DNA of 64,000 bases from Candidatus Falkowbacteria bacterium (lineage in GTDB: Bacteria; Patescibacteriota; Patescibacteriia; Patescibacteriales; UBA12465). Both the position numbers and the translations under genes were made by a program. This document shows positions 27,397-37,421 of this stretch, in pieces. The stretch's first letter is position 1; each line of letters begins with the position of its first letter. The stretch is taken from contig JBAXJX010000001.1 in NCBI GenBank assembly GCA_037137655.1, positions 161,188 to 225,187 on the forward strand, written 5' to 3'. The notes below the pieces were generated by a model that saw nothing but the letters and a program-made list of their open reading frames with translations, was not told the DNA's origin and ran no database searches.

Positions 27397-29211
27397 ATGT
27401 GCGGAATTAATGGCATCGTTGGGGAAAAAACAAATAAAAATGTTACAGCTCTGGATAAAATGATTTTGGCTCTTAATCATCGTGGCCCAGATGAACATGG
27501 TCGGGCTATTTTTGATAATTGTCTTTTGGGGCACGACCGACTAAGTATAATTGATTTGTCTTCCGGACAACAACCAATGTATTCTTCTGATGGCAAAAAG
27601 GCTATTGTGTTTAATGGTGAAATTTATGGGTACCAAGATATAAAAAAGACTTTAACTGATTACGATTTTAAAACATCGTCTGACACTGAGGTAATTTTAG
27701 CTTTGCATGATAAACATGGCGATGAAATGGCCAGTTATTTACCAGGTGCCTTTTCTTTTGCTATTTGGAGTGATGATGAAAAAAAACTTTTTGCCGCGCG
27801 TGATCGTTTTGGGGAAAAGCCTTTTTACTACGCCTGGGGTGATAATGGTGAATTTATATTTTCTTCAGAGATTAAGGCAATTTTAGCGACGGGTTTATTG
27901 AAGCCAATATTAGATAAAGGCTCAGTAGCGCATTATTTGCGCCATTTATATGTGCATCCCAGTAAAACAATTTATAAAAATATTTATACTTTACTGCCAG
28001 CGCATTATTTGTCTTTGTGTGATGGTAAATTAGAGATAAAACGTTATTGGAACCTCCCAGTGATTAATACTGAAATAGGTGAAGCTGAGGCTATAGTAAA
28101 ATTCCGTGATTTATTAGATAAGGCTGTTAGTAATCAGTTAGTGGCTGATGTGCCAGTCGGTGTGTTTTTAAGTGGCGGACTTGATTCGAGCACAATTGTG
28201 GCTGTTGCCAGTAAATTTAAACAACCACTGAAAACATTTTCTTTTGGTTTTGGAAAAACAATTAATGAGTTGCCGTTTGCGCGAGAAATAGCTGAAAAAT
28301 ATTCCACGGAGCACGTTGAATTAAAAAGTGATTATAATGTTGCTCAAACATTTTTAAAAATGAATGACGTCTATGATGAGCCGTTTGCCGATTCATCTAA
28401 TATGCCAACTTATTTAATTTCACATGAGGCCAGTAAATATGTAAAAGTGGCCTTGAGTGGCGATGCTGGCGATGAGCTTTTTGGCGGTTATGACTGGTAT
28501 AAAACTTATTTATATAATTCAGACGTAAATAATATTATAAGCCCGGAGTTAAAAATATTTTTTTGGAAAGTGATGGCTAAATTAAAAATTCGTAATGAAC
28601 AAGCATTTTTTAAAGCCAGAGCTAGTAGCTTATTGAAAGATAAAAATATATTTGAAGCTCATAAATCGCAAAATATTTATTTTAATAACGATGAAATTAA
28701 AAGCCTGGGATTAGATCTTAAATCAGAAAAAGTAAAACCAAGTTGGAGTTTATCTGGTGATATAAATGATGCTTTTTGCTCCGACCTGACTGATTATATG
28801 CCGGGTGATATCTTAGTAAAAACTGATCGCGCCTCAATGGCAACCGGTCTAGAATTAAGAGCACCGTTTTTAGATGTTGATTTTGCCTCTTTTTGTATTG
28901 GTTTGCCGGCTAGATTGAAAATATCAACTAAACAAGATAAGATAATATTGAGACGAGCTTATGAGGGGGCGTGGTCTGAATCGGTTAAATCGAGAAAAAA
29001 ACAAGGTTTTGGCGCCCCAGTTAAAGAGTGGCTCAAAGATAGCGAGATGCAAGATATTAAGAAAAAATACCTACTTAATCCTGAAAATAAAATTTTCAAG
29101 TTTATTTCTTATTCTGCGGCTAAAAAATATTTTTTTGTTGATAATTACAGGACGTGGTGTTTGTTGGTTTTAGCTCTTTGGGCTGAAACTCATGATTTTA
29201 TTATTGATTAA
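27397..29211 (+). CDS. asparagine synthase (glutamine-hydrolysing)-family amidotransferase
   Basis: N-terminal MCGI nucleophile, GHDRLSIID, and the FLSGGLDSS PP-loop. Sits inside the glycan locus. Confidence 0.85.
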   Translation: MCGINGIVGEKTNKNVTALDKMILALNHRGPDEHGRAIFDNCLLGHDRLSIIDLSSGQQPMYSSDGKKAIVFNGEIYGYQDIKKTLTDYDFKTSSDTEVILALHDKHGDEMASYLPGAFSFAIWSDDEKKLFAARDRFGEKPFYYAWGDNGEFIFSSEIKAILATGLLKPILDKGSVAHYLRHLYVHPSKTIYKNIYTLLPAHYLSLCDGKLEIKRYWNLPVINTEIGEAEAIVKFRDLLDKAVSNQLVADVPVGVFLSGGLDSSTIVAVASKFKQPLKTFSFGFGKTINELPFAREIAEKYSTEHVELKSDYNVAQTFLKMNDVYDEPFADSSNMPTYLISHEASKYVKVALSGDAGDELFGGYDWYKTYLYNSDVNNIISPELKIFFWKVMAKLKIRNEQAFFKARASSLLKDKNIFEAHKSQNIYFNNDEIKSLGLDLKSEKVKPSWSLSGDINDAFCSDLTDYMPGDILVKTDRASMATGLELRAPFLDVDFASFCIGLPARLKISTKQDKIILRRAYEGAWSESVKSRKKQGFGAPVKEWLKDSEMQDIKKKYLLNPENKIFKFISYSAAKKYFFVDNYRTWCLLVLALWAETHDFIID

Positions 29212-29221
29212 TTTATAGCTT

Positions 29222-30229
29222 ATGTTTTTATCAATTTGTATCCCAAATTATAATCGCCCAGAGGAGTTGTTACGGCTTTTAAAAACTATTGATACTACAC
29301 GCACAGATTTAGTGGAAATTGTGATTTGTGAAGATCGCAGCCCAAAAATGTTAGAAGTAAGAGCTAAGGTGAGTGAATTTAGCCAGAATTCTAAGTATAA
29401 AATAAACTACGTTGAAAACGAAGTTAATTTGGGCTTTGATAAAAACTTGCGTGCCTGCATCGAAAATTCTACAGGGAAGTGGGTTGTTTATATGGGTAAT
29501 GACGATGAATTTGTGGCTGGCGCCCTGAATAAACTAATTGAATTTTTACAAGCACACGAAGAATTGGGATATATTTTGAAATCGCATTATTTTATACATA
29601 AAAATAATAAGAAAGAACGCTTTCGTTATTACGAAGGCACAAAATTTTTTGCTCCAGGACTAGAGACTTATGTCCAAATGTTCCGCAAGAGCGTTTTTAT
29701 TTCCGGGTTTACAATTAGAAGGGAATTGTGTTTGCCGCTATTAAAAAATGATTTTGATGGCACTTTGCTTTTTCAGTTATATCTTTTGGCGGAAGTCTGT
29801 TTAAAATATCCAGCTGCTTATTTCGATGTGCCCTTAACACAACAATACGATGAAGGCACACCAGAGTTTGGTAATGCTGAAAGTGAAAAAGCTTTGTATA
29901 CGCCCGGAACAATCACAATTGATAATTCACTGAAATTTTTGTCGGGCTATTTTAGAATAACTAAATACATTGATCAAGAGCATAATATTAATTCCACAGC
30001 TCTTATTGTGCGGGATATGTCAAGATATTTTTATCCAAGCCTAGCTATTCAGAGGCCAAAGGGAATTTTTAAATTTTTATCTTACGTTAAGGCTTTGAAT
30101 AAAATGGGTTTTAATTCTACACCTTATTATTACGTATATGTTGTTGGATTGTTAATATTCGGGAAGAACATTTGTAACCAGATTATTAGAATTTTAAAAA
30201 ATGTAATAGGTAAAACACCTACATTGTAA
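29222..30229 (+). CDS. glycosyltransferase family 2
   Basis: LSICIPNYNRPEELLRLLKTI, then CEDRS and GNDDE (DxD-like). Confidence 0.7.
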   Translation: MFLSICIPNYNRPEELLRLLKTIDTTRTDLVEIVICEDRSPKMLEVRAKVSEFSQNSKYKINYVENEVNLGFDKNLRACIENSTGKWVVYMGNDDEFVAGALNKLIEFLQAHEELGYILKSHYFIHKNNKKERFRYYEGTKFFAPGLETYVQMFRKSVFISGFTIRRELCLPLLKNDFDGTLLFQLYLLAEVCLKYPAAYFDVPLTQQYDEGTPEFGNAESEKALYTPGTITIDNSLKFLSGYFRITKYIDQEHNINSTALIVRDMSRYFYPSLAIQRPKGIFKFLSYVKALNKMGFNSTPYYYVYVVGLLIFGKNICNQIIRILKNVIGKTPTL

Positions 30230-30233
30230 TTTT

Positions 30234-30935
30234 ATGAAAAATATCAAAAAAATAATAGTAGCATTAATAATTAGCCTTGCTAGTTGTCTTTATAAAAATG
30301 TTAAGTATAAAAATGGCGAATCTAATGTTAAGGTTAATTTGGGTTGTGGTTTACAATGCCTACCTGGTTGGATAAATATTGATGGTAGCTTAACAGCTTT
30401 GTTTGGTTCAAAGAAAAATTCCTGGATAAATAAAATTCTTTATAAATTAGCTGGTTCGTCGGACTATTATTCTTTTGCTGCTTATAATAAAGTTATTCAA
30501 GAAAATGGTTTAAATTTTTACAATTTGCAAAAGGGTGTGCCACTTAATGATAATAGTACTGACATTGTATATTGTAGTCATTTTTTGGAGCATTTAAATA
30601 AGGTTGATGGCCATCATTTTTTAGAGGAGTGTTTCCGCGCCTTAAAGCCAGGTGGATTACTTAGAGTTGTCGTGCCAGATCTTGATTTTGCCATGACCAT
30701 GTATCAAGAGGGTAAAGTGGAGGAGATGCAAGGTTTGTTTTTTTATACTTCTGATAATTGGGATTTTACCGCCCATAAACATAATTACAATTTTGCGTAT
30801 CTGCAAAGTATTTTAGCTAAGATTGGTTTTACTAAGATTGTTAAACTGAGCTATCGCCAAGGCGAATGCCCGAATATTGATTATCTAGATGTTTACCCAG
30901 AACATTCTATGTATGTAGAGTGCCGAAAAATATAA
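30234..30935 (+). CDS. class I SAM-dependent methyltransferase
   Basis: Motifs: VNLGCG, DIVYCSHFLEHL, ALKPGGLLRVVVP. Confidence 0.65.
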   Translation: MKNIKKIIVALIISLASCLYKNVKYKNGESNVKVNLGCGLQCLPGWINIDGSLTALFGSKKNSWINKILYKLAGSSDYYSFAAYNKVIQENGLNFYNLQKGVPLNDNSTDIVYCSHFLEHLNKVDGHHFLEECFRALKPGGLLRVVVPDLDFAMTMYQEGKVEEMQGLFFYTSDNWDFTAHKHNYNFAYLQSILAKIGFTKIVKLSYRQGECPNIDYLDVYPEHSMYVECRKI

Positions 30936-30944
30936 TTACCGTTT

Positions 30945-32033
30945 ATGAATAAAATTTTAGTAGTTGGTGATTTTCATTCTAAAATTCATGAAAAAGCTAT
31001 TTATGAATCTTTTATAAGACTCGGCTTTGACGCTGACAAATTTTCTTGGCATCAATACTTCGGCAAAGCACCATATGAAAAAAATTTTCTAAACTTATCC
31101 GCATTCTTTAATATTTGTAAAAAAATACAGTATCATTTTAGAATTGGACCATTGATAGGTAAAATAAATAAGGATCTTATTATTAAAGTTTTGGCAGTGA
31201 AGCCTGATTTGGTGTTTATTTATCGCGGTACTCATATTTTACCAAATACAGTTAAGATAATTAAAGATCTTGGTATCACAGTTTTTGCTTACAATAACGA
31301 TGATCCGTTTAGTGAGAAGTATCCTTTTTATTTTTGGCGGCATTTTCTGGCGGGAACATTTTTGTATGATCATATTTTTGTTTATCGTCAAAAAAATATT
31401 GAAGATTATAAAAAGATAAATTATAAAAAAGTTAGTATCTTAAGATCTTATTATATAAAAAATGATAATTTTAATGTTAGTAGCTTGCCAAGTGATAAAT
31501 ATAAGTGTGATGTAATTTTTATCGGACACTTTGAGGATGATGGCCGGGACGAGTACATTAAAATGTTATTGGACGCAAATATTGATTTAAAATTATTTGG
31601 CCCTGAATGGGAAAAGTCTAAACACTATAAATATTTTATCAAAAAACTTGGATCAATTAGTTCGTTAAAGGATGATTATAACTTAGCTATTAATAGTGCT
31701 GAGATAGCCTTAGTGTTTTTATCGTCTTTAAATAATGATACGTATACCAGGAGGGTGTTTGAAATTATTGCCGCAAAAGTATTTATGTTGTCAGTTTATT
31801 CCGATGATTTAAATGGTTTGTTTACAGAGAATAAAGAGGCAGTCTATTTCCGCTCTAAAGATGATTTGTTGAATAAAGTAAGATTTTATTTGGCCAATCC
31901 AGAACTTAGAAAAAATATTGCTCAGGCCGGTTATCAACGATTGATGGTTGACGGTCACGAGGTTGATGACCGCGTTAAAGAAATTATTAGGGTATATAAT
32001 AGAATTAAAAATGAAAAAAATATTAATACTTAA
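30945..32033 (+). CDS. CgeB-family (Glyco_trans_1_2-like) glycosyltransferase
   Basis: C-terminal pattern RVFEIIAAKVFMLS...EAVYFRSKDDLLNKVRFYLANPELRKNIAQAGYQR, as seen in CgeB-like proteins. Confidence 0.5.
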   Translation: MNKILVVGDFHSKIHEKAIYESFIRLGFDADKFSWHQYFGKAPYEKNFLNLSAFFNICKKIQYHFRIGPLIGKINKDLIIKVLAVKPDLVFIYRGTHILPNTVKIIKDLGITVFAYNNDDPFSEKYPFYFWRHFLAGTFLYDHIFVYRQKNIEDYKKINYKKVSILRSYYIKNDNFNVSSLPSDKYKCDVIFIGHFEDDGRDEYIKMLLDANIDLKLFGPEWEKSKHYKYFIKKLGSISSLKDDYNLAINSAEIALVFLSSLNNDTYTRRVFEIIAAKVFMLSVYSDDLNGLFTENKEAVYFRSKDDLLNKVRFYLANPELRKNIAQAGYQRLMVDGHEVDDRVKEIIRVYNRIKNEKNINT

Positions 32034-33213
32034 CACGACATTTAATAAGGGCGGGGCTGCTCAGGTGGCCCGGGACTTATTTCTTCATTTTAATGGAAAG
32101 GAAAAATTTTCTATGTTCTTTGCTTTTGGTCGTGGGCAAAAAAATAATGATCCTAGAATTTTCTATTTCGGTAATAAACTTGAGATGTTTATTCATATTT
32201 TTTTAGTCCGTTTTTTAGGACTAGAAGGTTTCGGTACTTATTTTTCAACGATTAAGTTGATTAATTTTATTAGAAGGGAAAGATTTGATTTGATTCATAT
32301 TCATAATTTGCACGGATATTATGTTAATTTTTTTAAACTCCTTAAGTATTTAAATAAAAATAATATTAAAGTGGTTTGGACCCTCCATGATGAGTGGTTA
32401 TTTACTTGGTTACCGGCTCATAGTATGGATTGCTCTCACTGCAAAACACTTAAAGGGAAATGTGTTAATCATTATGATTACCCTAAAAATTATTTTCCAG
32501 TATTTTCTAGATTTATGTTGAGTCGAAAGAGAATAATTTTATTATTCAATAATATCACCTTTGTTAGTCCGGCTAATTGGTTGTACGATGAAGCTAAATT
32601 TGAATTTAAATTAAAAAATGTAGCTTTGATTCCGAATGGAGTTGATTCTAATTTTTTTGTACCAGCTACCGATAAAAATTTATTAAGAAAAAAGTATGAT
32701 CTACCGCTTGATAAAAAGATAATATTATTCTCGGCTAATAATTTTAATGATAAAAATAAGGGTGGAGAATATTTTTTAAGTTTAGCAAAAAGTTTAGAGG
32801 GCCAGCCTTATATTTTCTGTGTCATTGGATCAGCTGATATTCCTATTTATGACAATATCATCAAACTTGGTTATATTTCTGATAGAAGAAGTTTGTCGGA
32901 AGTCTATTCGCTGGCCGATCTGTACTGTTTTTTATCGGCAATAGAAACGGCGCCACTTTCGGTTATGGAAGCAATGTCTTGTGGTTTGCCAATAGTTGCT
33001 TTTAACATTAAAGCTCTTTTCGGGTTGGTTGATAGTATAAATGGATCATTATCAAAATATGGTGATGTTGCCGAAATGGCCGAGTCAATTAATAATATTG
33101 TTGGTAGTGATGAGCTATTAATTGATATGGGTAGGGAGTCTAGAAACAAAATTGTTAAAAGTTTTGAACAGAACAACAGTTATTCAGCCTATGAACAATT
33201 ATACAAAATATAA
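32011..33213 (+). CDS. glycosyltransferase family 4 (GT-B)
   Basis: Start moved to MKKILILNT (ATG at 32011), overlapping the upstream gene by 23 nt. Motifs: GGAAQVARDL, ETAPLSVMEAMSCGLPIVA. Confidence 0.7.
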   Translation: MKKILILNTTFNKGGAAQVARDLFLHFNGKEKFSMFFAFGRGQKNNDPRIFYFGNKLEMFIHIFLVRFLGLEGFGTYFSTIKLINFIRRERFDLIHIHNLHGYYVNFFKLLKYLNKNNIKVVWTLHDEWLFTWLPAHSMDCSHCKTLKGKCVNHYDYPKNYFPVFSRFMLSRKRIILLFNNITFVSPANWLYDEAKFEFKLKNVALIPNGVDSNFFVPATDKNLLRKKYDLPLDKKIILFSANNFNDKNKGGEYFLSLAKSLEGQPYIFCVIGSADIPIYDNIIKLGYISDRRSLSEVYSLADLYCFLSAIETAPLSVMEAMSCGLPIVAFNIKALFGLVDSINGSLSKYGDVAEMAESINNIVGSDELLIDMGRESRNKIVKSFEQNNSYSAYEQLYKI

Positions 33214-33218
33214 ATTTT

Positions 33219-33977
33219 ATGAAATTATCTTTAATTACTCCAACTTATAATTCCGCTAAAACAATTGCGCGTACAATTGATAGCGTTGTGACGCAAAATT
33301 ATCCTGATTTGGAATATATTATTGTTGATGGTGTTTCGAGCGATGAGACAGCGGCGATTGTGCGAGCTTATCAAGATAAAATTGATATTAAATTTGTCTC
33401 CGAAAAAGATAGCGGCATTTATGATGCCATGAATAAAGGAATTGAAATGGCCAGCGGGGAATTAATTGGTATTTTAAATTCAGATGATTTTTTTGCTGAC
33501 GATCAAGTGTTAAAAAATGTGGCCAGGGAATTTGCTGATAAAAATATTGACGCGGTTTATGGTGATATCCAATATTTTTCTGATGATACTAACAAAATTA
33601 GTCGCTATTGGCGCACCGGAGAATATCGAGAATCTAAAATAAATAATGGTTGGATTATTCCGCACCCGGCCTTGTTTTTACGCCGCGCGGTTTATGGGCA
33701 ATGCGGTTTATTTAAAACTGATTTTAAAATTGCCGGTGACTACGAATTTATTTTGCGCCTGCTAAAAATTCATAAAATAAAATTGAAATATCTCCCTCAT
33801 GTTTTTGTTAAAATGTATGATGGTGGTGCTTCGGGTGCCAATCTGGCCCAACGTCAAATCGGTTGGCAGGAATTAAAAAAAGCCTGGACGGTTAATGGTT
33901 TAACTTTGCCCAAGCTTTTTGTCTTGCGTCGTGTCTTGTTTAAATTGAGTCAATTTTTACCGTCCCTTATAAGATAA
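33219..33977 (+). CDS. glycosyltransferase family 2
   Basis: Motifs: LSLITPTYNSAKTIARTIDSVVTQNYPDLEYIIVDGVSSD, LNSDD. Confidence 0.8.
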   Translation: MKLSLITPTYNSAKTIARTIDSVVTQNYPDLEYIIVDGVSSDETAAIVRAYQDKIDIKFVSEKDSGIYDAMNKGIEMASGELIGILNSDDFFADDQVLKNVAREFADKNIDAVYGDIQYFSDDTNKISRYWRTGEYRESKINNGWIIPHPALFLRRAVYGQCGLFKTDFKIAGDYEFILRLLKIHKIKLKYLPHVFVKMYDGGASGANLAQRQIGWQELKKAWTVNGLTLPKLFVLRRVLFKLSQFLPSLIR

Positions 33978-35282
33978 AACCGTCTTCACAGTTTTAGCGA
34001 GAATAATTAGATCCAGTGAAATGGATCTATTTTTTATATAATAAATATCGTGTTGGAGTTTTTTAAAAGTATCCTCAGTGCTGGCACTGTGGTATTCACC
34101 GGATACTTGATCCCAACCAGAGATGCCTGGTTTTGCGAGGGAGCGAATAGCATAGAAGGGAATATCTTTTTCCAAGTTCACGATAAATTCAGGACGTTCA
34201 GGACGAGGACCGATGAAGCTCATTTCACCTTTGATGATATTGATTAATTGAGGAATTTCATCGAGTCTGGTTTTGCGCAAAAACTTTCCGACGCGGGTAA
34301 TTCGTTTGTCGCCATCCACAGTAAAAGCATGATCATTATTGGAAACGGTCATGGTGCGGAATTTTAAAATGGTAAAAGGATTGTGATTTTGACCTAGGCG
34401 CAATTGTCTAAAAATTATCGGACCGCGACTGTCTAGTTTTATCGCTAGAGCTACGAGTAAATAAATCGGGGAACTAATGATGAGGAAGATTACTGCGCAA
34501 GTAAAATCAGCTAAGCGTTTAAAAAATTCGTAACTATCCTTTTGGTGGAGGTTAAGATTTTCCAAAAACCAATTTTCATTAATTATTTCTAGTGGCACGC
34601 GTCCTGTGATGCTTTCATAGAAATTTGGTAGGGTGGTATAGGTAATTTTTAGTGGTAGGCAGTTAAATAATTTTTTTTGTAAACCCGGATTATTGCTTGG
34701 ATTGTTTTCTAAAATTAAAATATTAATTTTGTCGCGGGCGATTAGTTCTTCTAAATTTTCCTCATTATCGCTCGCTAACACAAATTTTAATTCATAGCCT
34801 AAGTGGGGGTTGTTTTTTATTTCAGCTACTAATTCCTCGACTTTTTTGTCATTGCCGACAATACCAATGTTAATCTTCGGTAACTGTTTTTTAAATATCT
34901 TCAAAGCCAAGTAGCGCCAGCCTAGAAATAAACAGCTAAAAATTATCGTAAATATTACTAAATTGGTTTTTGGAGCAATGCCGGTATCAGGCATGATGTA
35001 TAGAAAAATAATGGCCAAGGCAAAGCTAATGGCGGTGCTTCTTAAAAAACGAGAGAGGAATTTATTGTTTAAACTTAGCTCGCGGAAGTCGTAGAGATTG
35101 CTAATATAAAACACTAATACCCAAATTATAAAAATAAAGCTGAAGATTTGAGCGTTGACACTAAAAACTTCATCTTGTGGAATTTGTAGGTAGCGCACAG
35201 TGATAGTCAAATAGAGAGCGATGACTAAAAATAGCGCATCACCAAATAATAGGACTAATTGTTTTAATCTTGTTTTAATCAT
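33957..35282 (-). CDS. polyprenyl-phosphate glycosyl-1-phosphate transferase (WbaP/ExoY-type bacterial sugar transferase)
   Basis: N-terminal TM bundle, then KRLADF...SPIYLLVALAIKLDSRGPIIFRQLRLGQN...FTILKFRTM...DEIPQLINIIKGEMSFIGPRP. Confidence 0.85.
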   Translation of the reverse strand: MIKTRLKQLVLLFGDALFLVIALYLTITVRYLQIPQDEVFSVNAQIFSFIFIIWVLVFYISNLYDFRELSLNNKFLSRFLRSTAISFALAIIFLYIMPDTGIAPKTNLVIFTIIFSCLFLGWRYLALKIFKKQLPKINIGIVGNDKKVEELVAEIKNNPHLGYELKFVLASDNEENLEELIARDKINILILENNPSNNPGLQKKLFNCLPLKITYTTLPNFYESITGRVPLEIINENWFLENLNLHQKDSYEFFKRLADFTCAVIFLIISSPIYLLVALAIKLDSRGPIIFRQLRLGQNHNPFTILKFRTMTVSNNDHAFTVDGDKRITRVGKFLRKTRLDEIPQLINIIKGEMSFIGPRPERPEFIVNLEKDIPFYAIRSLAKPGISGWDQVSGEYHSASTEDTFKKLQHDIYYIKNRSISLDLIILAKTVKTVLSYKGR

Positions 35283-35340
35283 AAAATCTTGTTATTATAT
35301 AGCTATTATAACTTTAAAATCATAATTAATCAAGAAAAAT

Positions 35341-37410
35341 ATGAATTCAAAAACTTATTTAGATACCCTTAAATACGGCATCTACGGATCCTTTATTTGT
35401 TTTTTACTGGTTTTCTCTAACTTATTATTTCCGTTTATTACCTCGAAACAGTTGATTTTTAATATTTTAATGGAAGTGCTTTTGGTGGTTTGGGTGGTGT
35501 TTATCGTTAAATTTCCGGCTTATCGTCCAAAGAAGTCTTATTTAACTTATGGTATTTTGGCATATTTTGCGGCCATGTTACTATCTTGTTTCTTGGGTGT
35601 TGATTTTAATCTTAGTTTTTGGGGAAATGCTGAACGCTCTTTGGGCTTCTTTCATTTGGTGCATTTCTTAATTTTCTATTTAATTGCGATTACGGCTTTG
35701 CGCACGAAAAAAGATTGGACAACCCTTATTAATGTTTTTTTAGTAACCACTATCTTGTTGGTTTTGAATACTCCTGGCAAAGGCCCAGCTTCAACTCTAG
35801 GGAATACTGCCTATATGGCCGGTATTATGATTTTTGGTGTTTTCTTTGCTTTGTGGCAATTATTACAGAGTAAAAATATCGGCTGGCGTTTAGCTTATGC
35901 GGCGGTTTTAGTTTTGAATTTTATTGGTTTCTGGCGGGCGGATATTTCTGGTGCGCAAGCTGGTATGTTTGTTGGTCTCGTCACTTTTGCGGCGTTGTAT
36001 ATATTTTTAAGTGATAATAAGAGAAATAAAATTATTGGTGGTTCAATTTTGGGTGCCGGCATTTTGTTGATAGTTTTACTTTTCACTTTCCGTTCGAGCG
36101 CCTTAATCGCTAATTCACCTTTAGGAGAGAAACTGGATGGTTTTTCTATGAACAATATAACTTTAAATACACGCTTACTTTCTTGGAAAAGTGCCGCGCT
36201 AGATTTCCCAAGTCATCCACTTTTTGGCGTTGGTCATGGAGCTTATTCCACAATTTTTGATAAACATTTTGATCCACACTTTTACGATTTTACTAGTGAA
36301 AGTTATTTTGATCGTGCTCATAATAATATTGTGGAAATTGCATCCACGATGGGAATCGTCGGCTTGTTAGCTTACCTTTCAATTTTAGTGGCAGCTGGTT
36401 ATTATCTTATTTTAAGTTTGAAGCAGAAGAAAATGTCCGTCATGGAATTCTCATTGGTTAGCGGTTTGATTGTGGCTTATTTCGTCCAGAACTTAGCTCT
36501 GTTTGATTCTATGGTGACCTTCGTTTCTATTTTTTCGACGCTCGGCTTGGTCTATTATTTTTATAATCATGATGGCGTAGCGGTTGATGTAGTTGAAATG
36601 GAAAAAACTGAGATTAGTCCAGAACGGGAAATGGCCTGGTTGGTGGTTTTTGGTTTAGTGATGATGTTATTTATTTACAATCTAAATATTAAAGGTTTAA
36701 TGATGTATAGCGGAGTGATTGATGCGTACTCGAAATTTTCTAGCGGTGATATGGCCAACGTTATCTTGACCCATGAAGCGGCGATTAAAAATGGCACTCC
36801 ATACAACCGTGATAGTCGCAGTATTTTGTTTGGCTTTATTATTAATAATTATCAGGGTTTATCTAAGTTAGACAAAACTAGTCGTAACCAAATAATTGAT
36901 TACGCTATTTCACTAGCCGAGGCTAATTCTTTATACAATCCAAAAGATAGTTTGATAAATACCCAATTAGCCCAACTTTATAGTATTGGCGCACGCTTTA
37001 ATTATGATGATGCGGAGAAGTTTAGTAAATATACTTCTTTTGCTTTGGAAACAATTGAGGCGGCTATTACCGCTAGTCCGGGTCGTTTACCACTTTATGC
37101 TAACAAGGCTGATATCTTGTTAATGCGTGGTCAAAATGATGAAGCGATTGCCACTATGAAAACCGCGATTGCGATGAAAGAAAATTTTGCCCCATCTTAT
37201 TGTCAGTTAGCTGATATTCAATTCTTCTTGAAAAATAATTCTGGTGCTTTTGATAGCGCGTATAAATGTGAAATTTATGGCGGCGCCGGCATGTTACAAA
37301 GCCAAGATTTGATTAAAGCAACTATTAATCATTTTGCGACTGATACTAGTAAACAGGCAATTGTTAGTCAATTAGAATCGGAAGTCACTAAACCGGTAAT
37401 TACAAAATAA
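35341..37410 (+). CDS. Wzy_C-domain (O-antigen ligase/polymerase-like) polytopic membrane protein with a C-terminal TPR-like domain
   Basis: About 12 TM segments. Periplasmic-loop motif RLLSWKSAALDFPSHPLFGVGHGAY. C-terminal 250 aa are soluble and helical-repeat-like. Confidence 0.7.
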   Translation: MNSKTYLDTLKYGIYGSFICFLLVFSNLLFPFITSKQLIFNILMEVLLVVWVVFIVKFPAYRPKKSYLTYGILAYFAAMLLSCFLGVDFNLSFWGNAERSLGFFHLVHFLIFYLIAITALRTKKDWTTLINVFLVTTILLVLNTPGKGPASTLGNTAYMAGIMIFGVFFALWQLLQSKNIGWRLAYAAVLVLNFIGFWRADISGAQAGMFVGLVTFAALYIFLSDNKRNKIIGGSILGAGILLIVLLFTFRSSALIANSPLGEKLDGFSMNNITLNTRLLSWKSAALDFPSHPLFGVGHGAYSTIFDKHFDPHFYDFTSESYFDRAHNNIVEIASTMGIVGLLAYLSILVAAGYYLILSLKQKKMSVMEFSLVSGLIVAYFVQNLALFDSMVTFVSIFSTLGLVYYFYNHDGVAVDVVEMEKTEISPEREMAWLVVFGLVMMLFIYNLNIKGLMMYSGVIDAYSKFSSGDMANVILTHEAAIKNGTPYNRDSRSILFGFIINNYQGLSKLDKTSRNQIIDYAISLAEANSLYNPKDSLINTQLAQLYSIGARFNYDDAEKFSKYTSFALETIEAAITASPGRLPLYANKADILLMRGQNDEAIATMKTAIAMKENFAPSYCQLADIQFFLKNNSGAFDSAYKCEIYGGAGMLQSQDLIKATINHFATDTSKQAIVSQLESEVTKPVITK

Positions 37411-37421
37411 GTTTATAAAAT

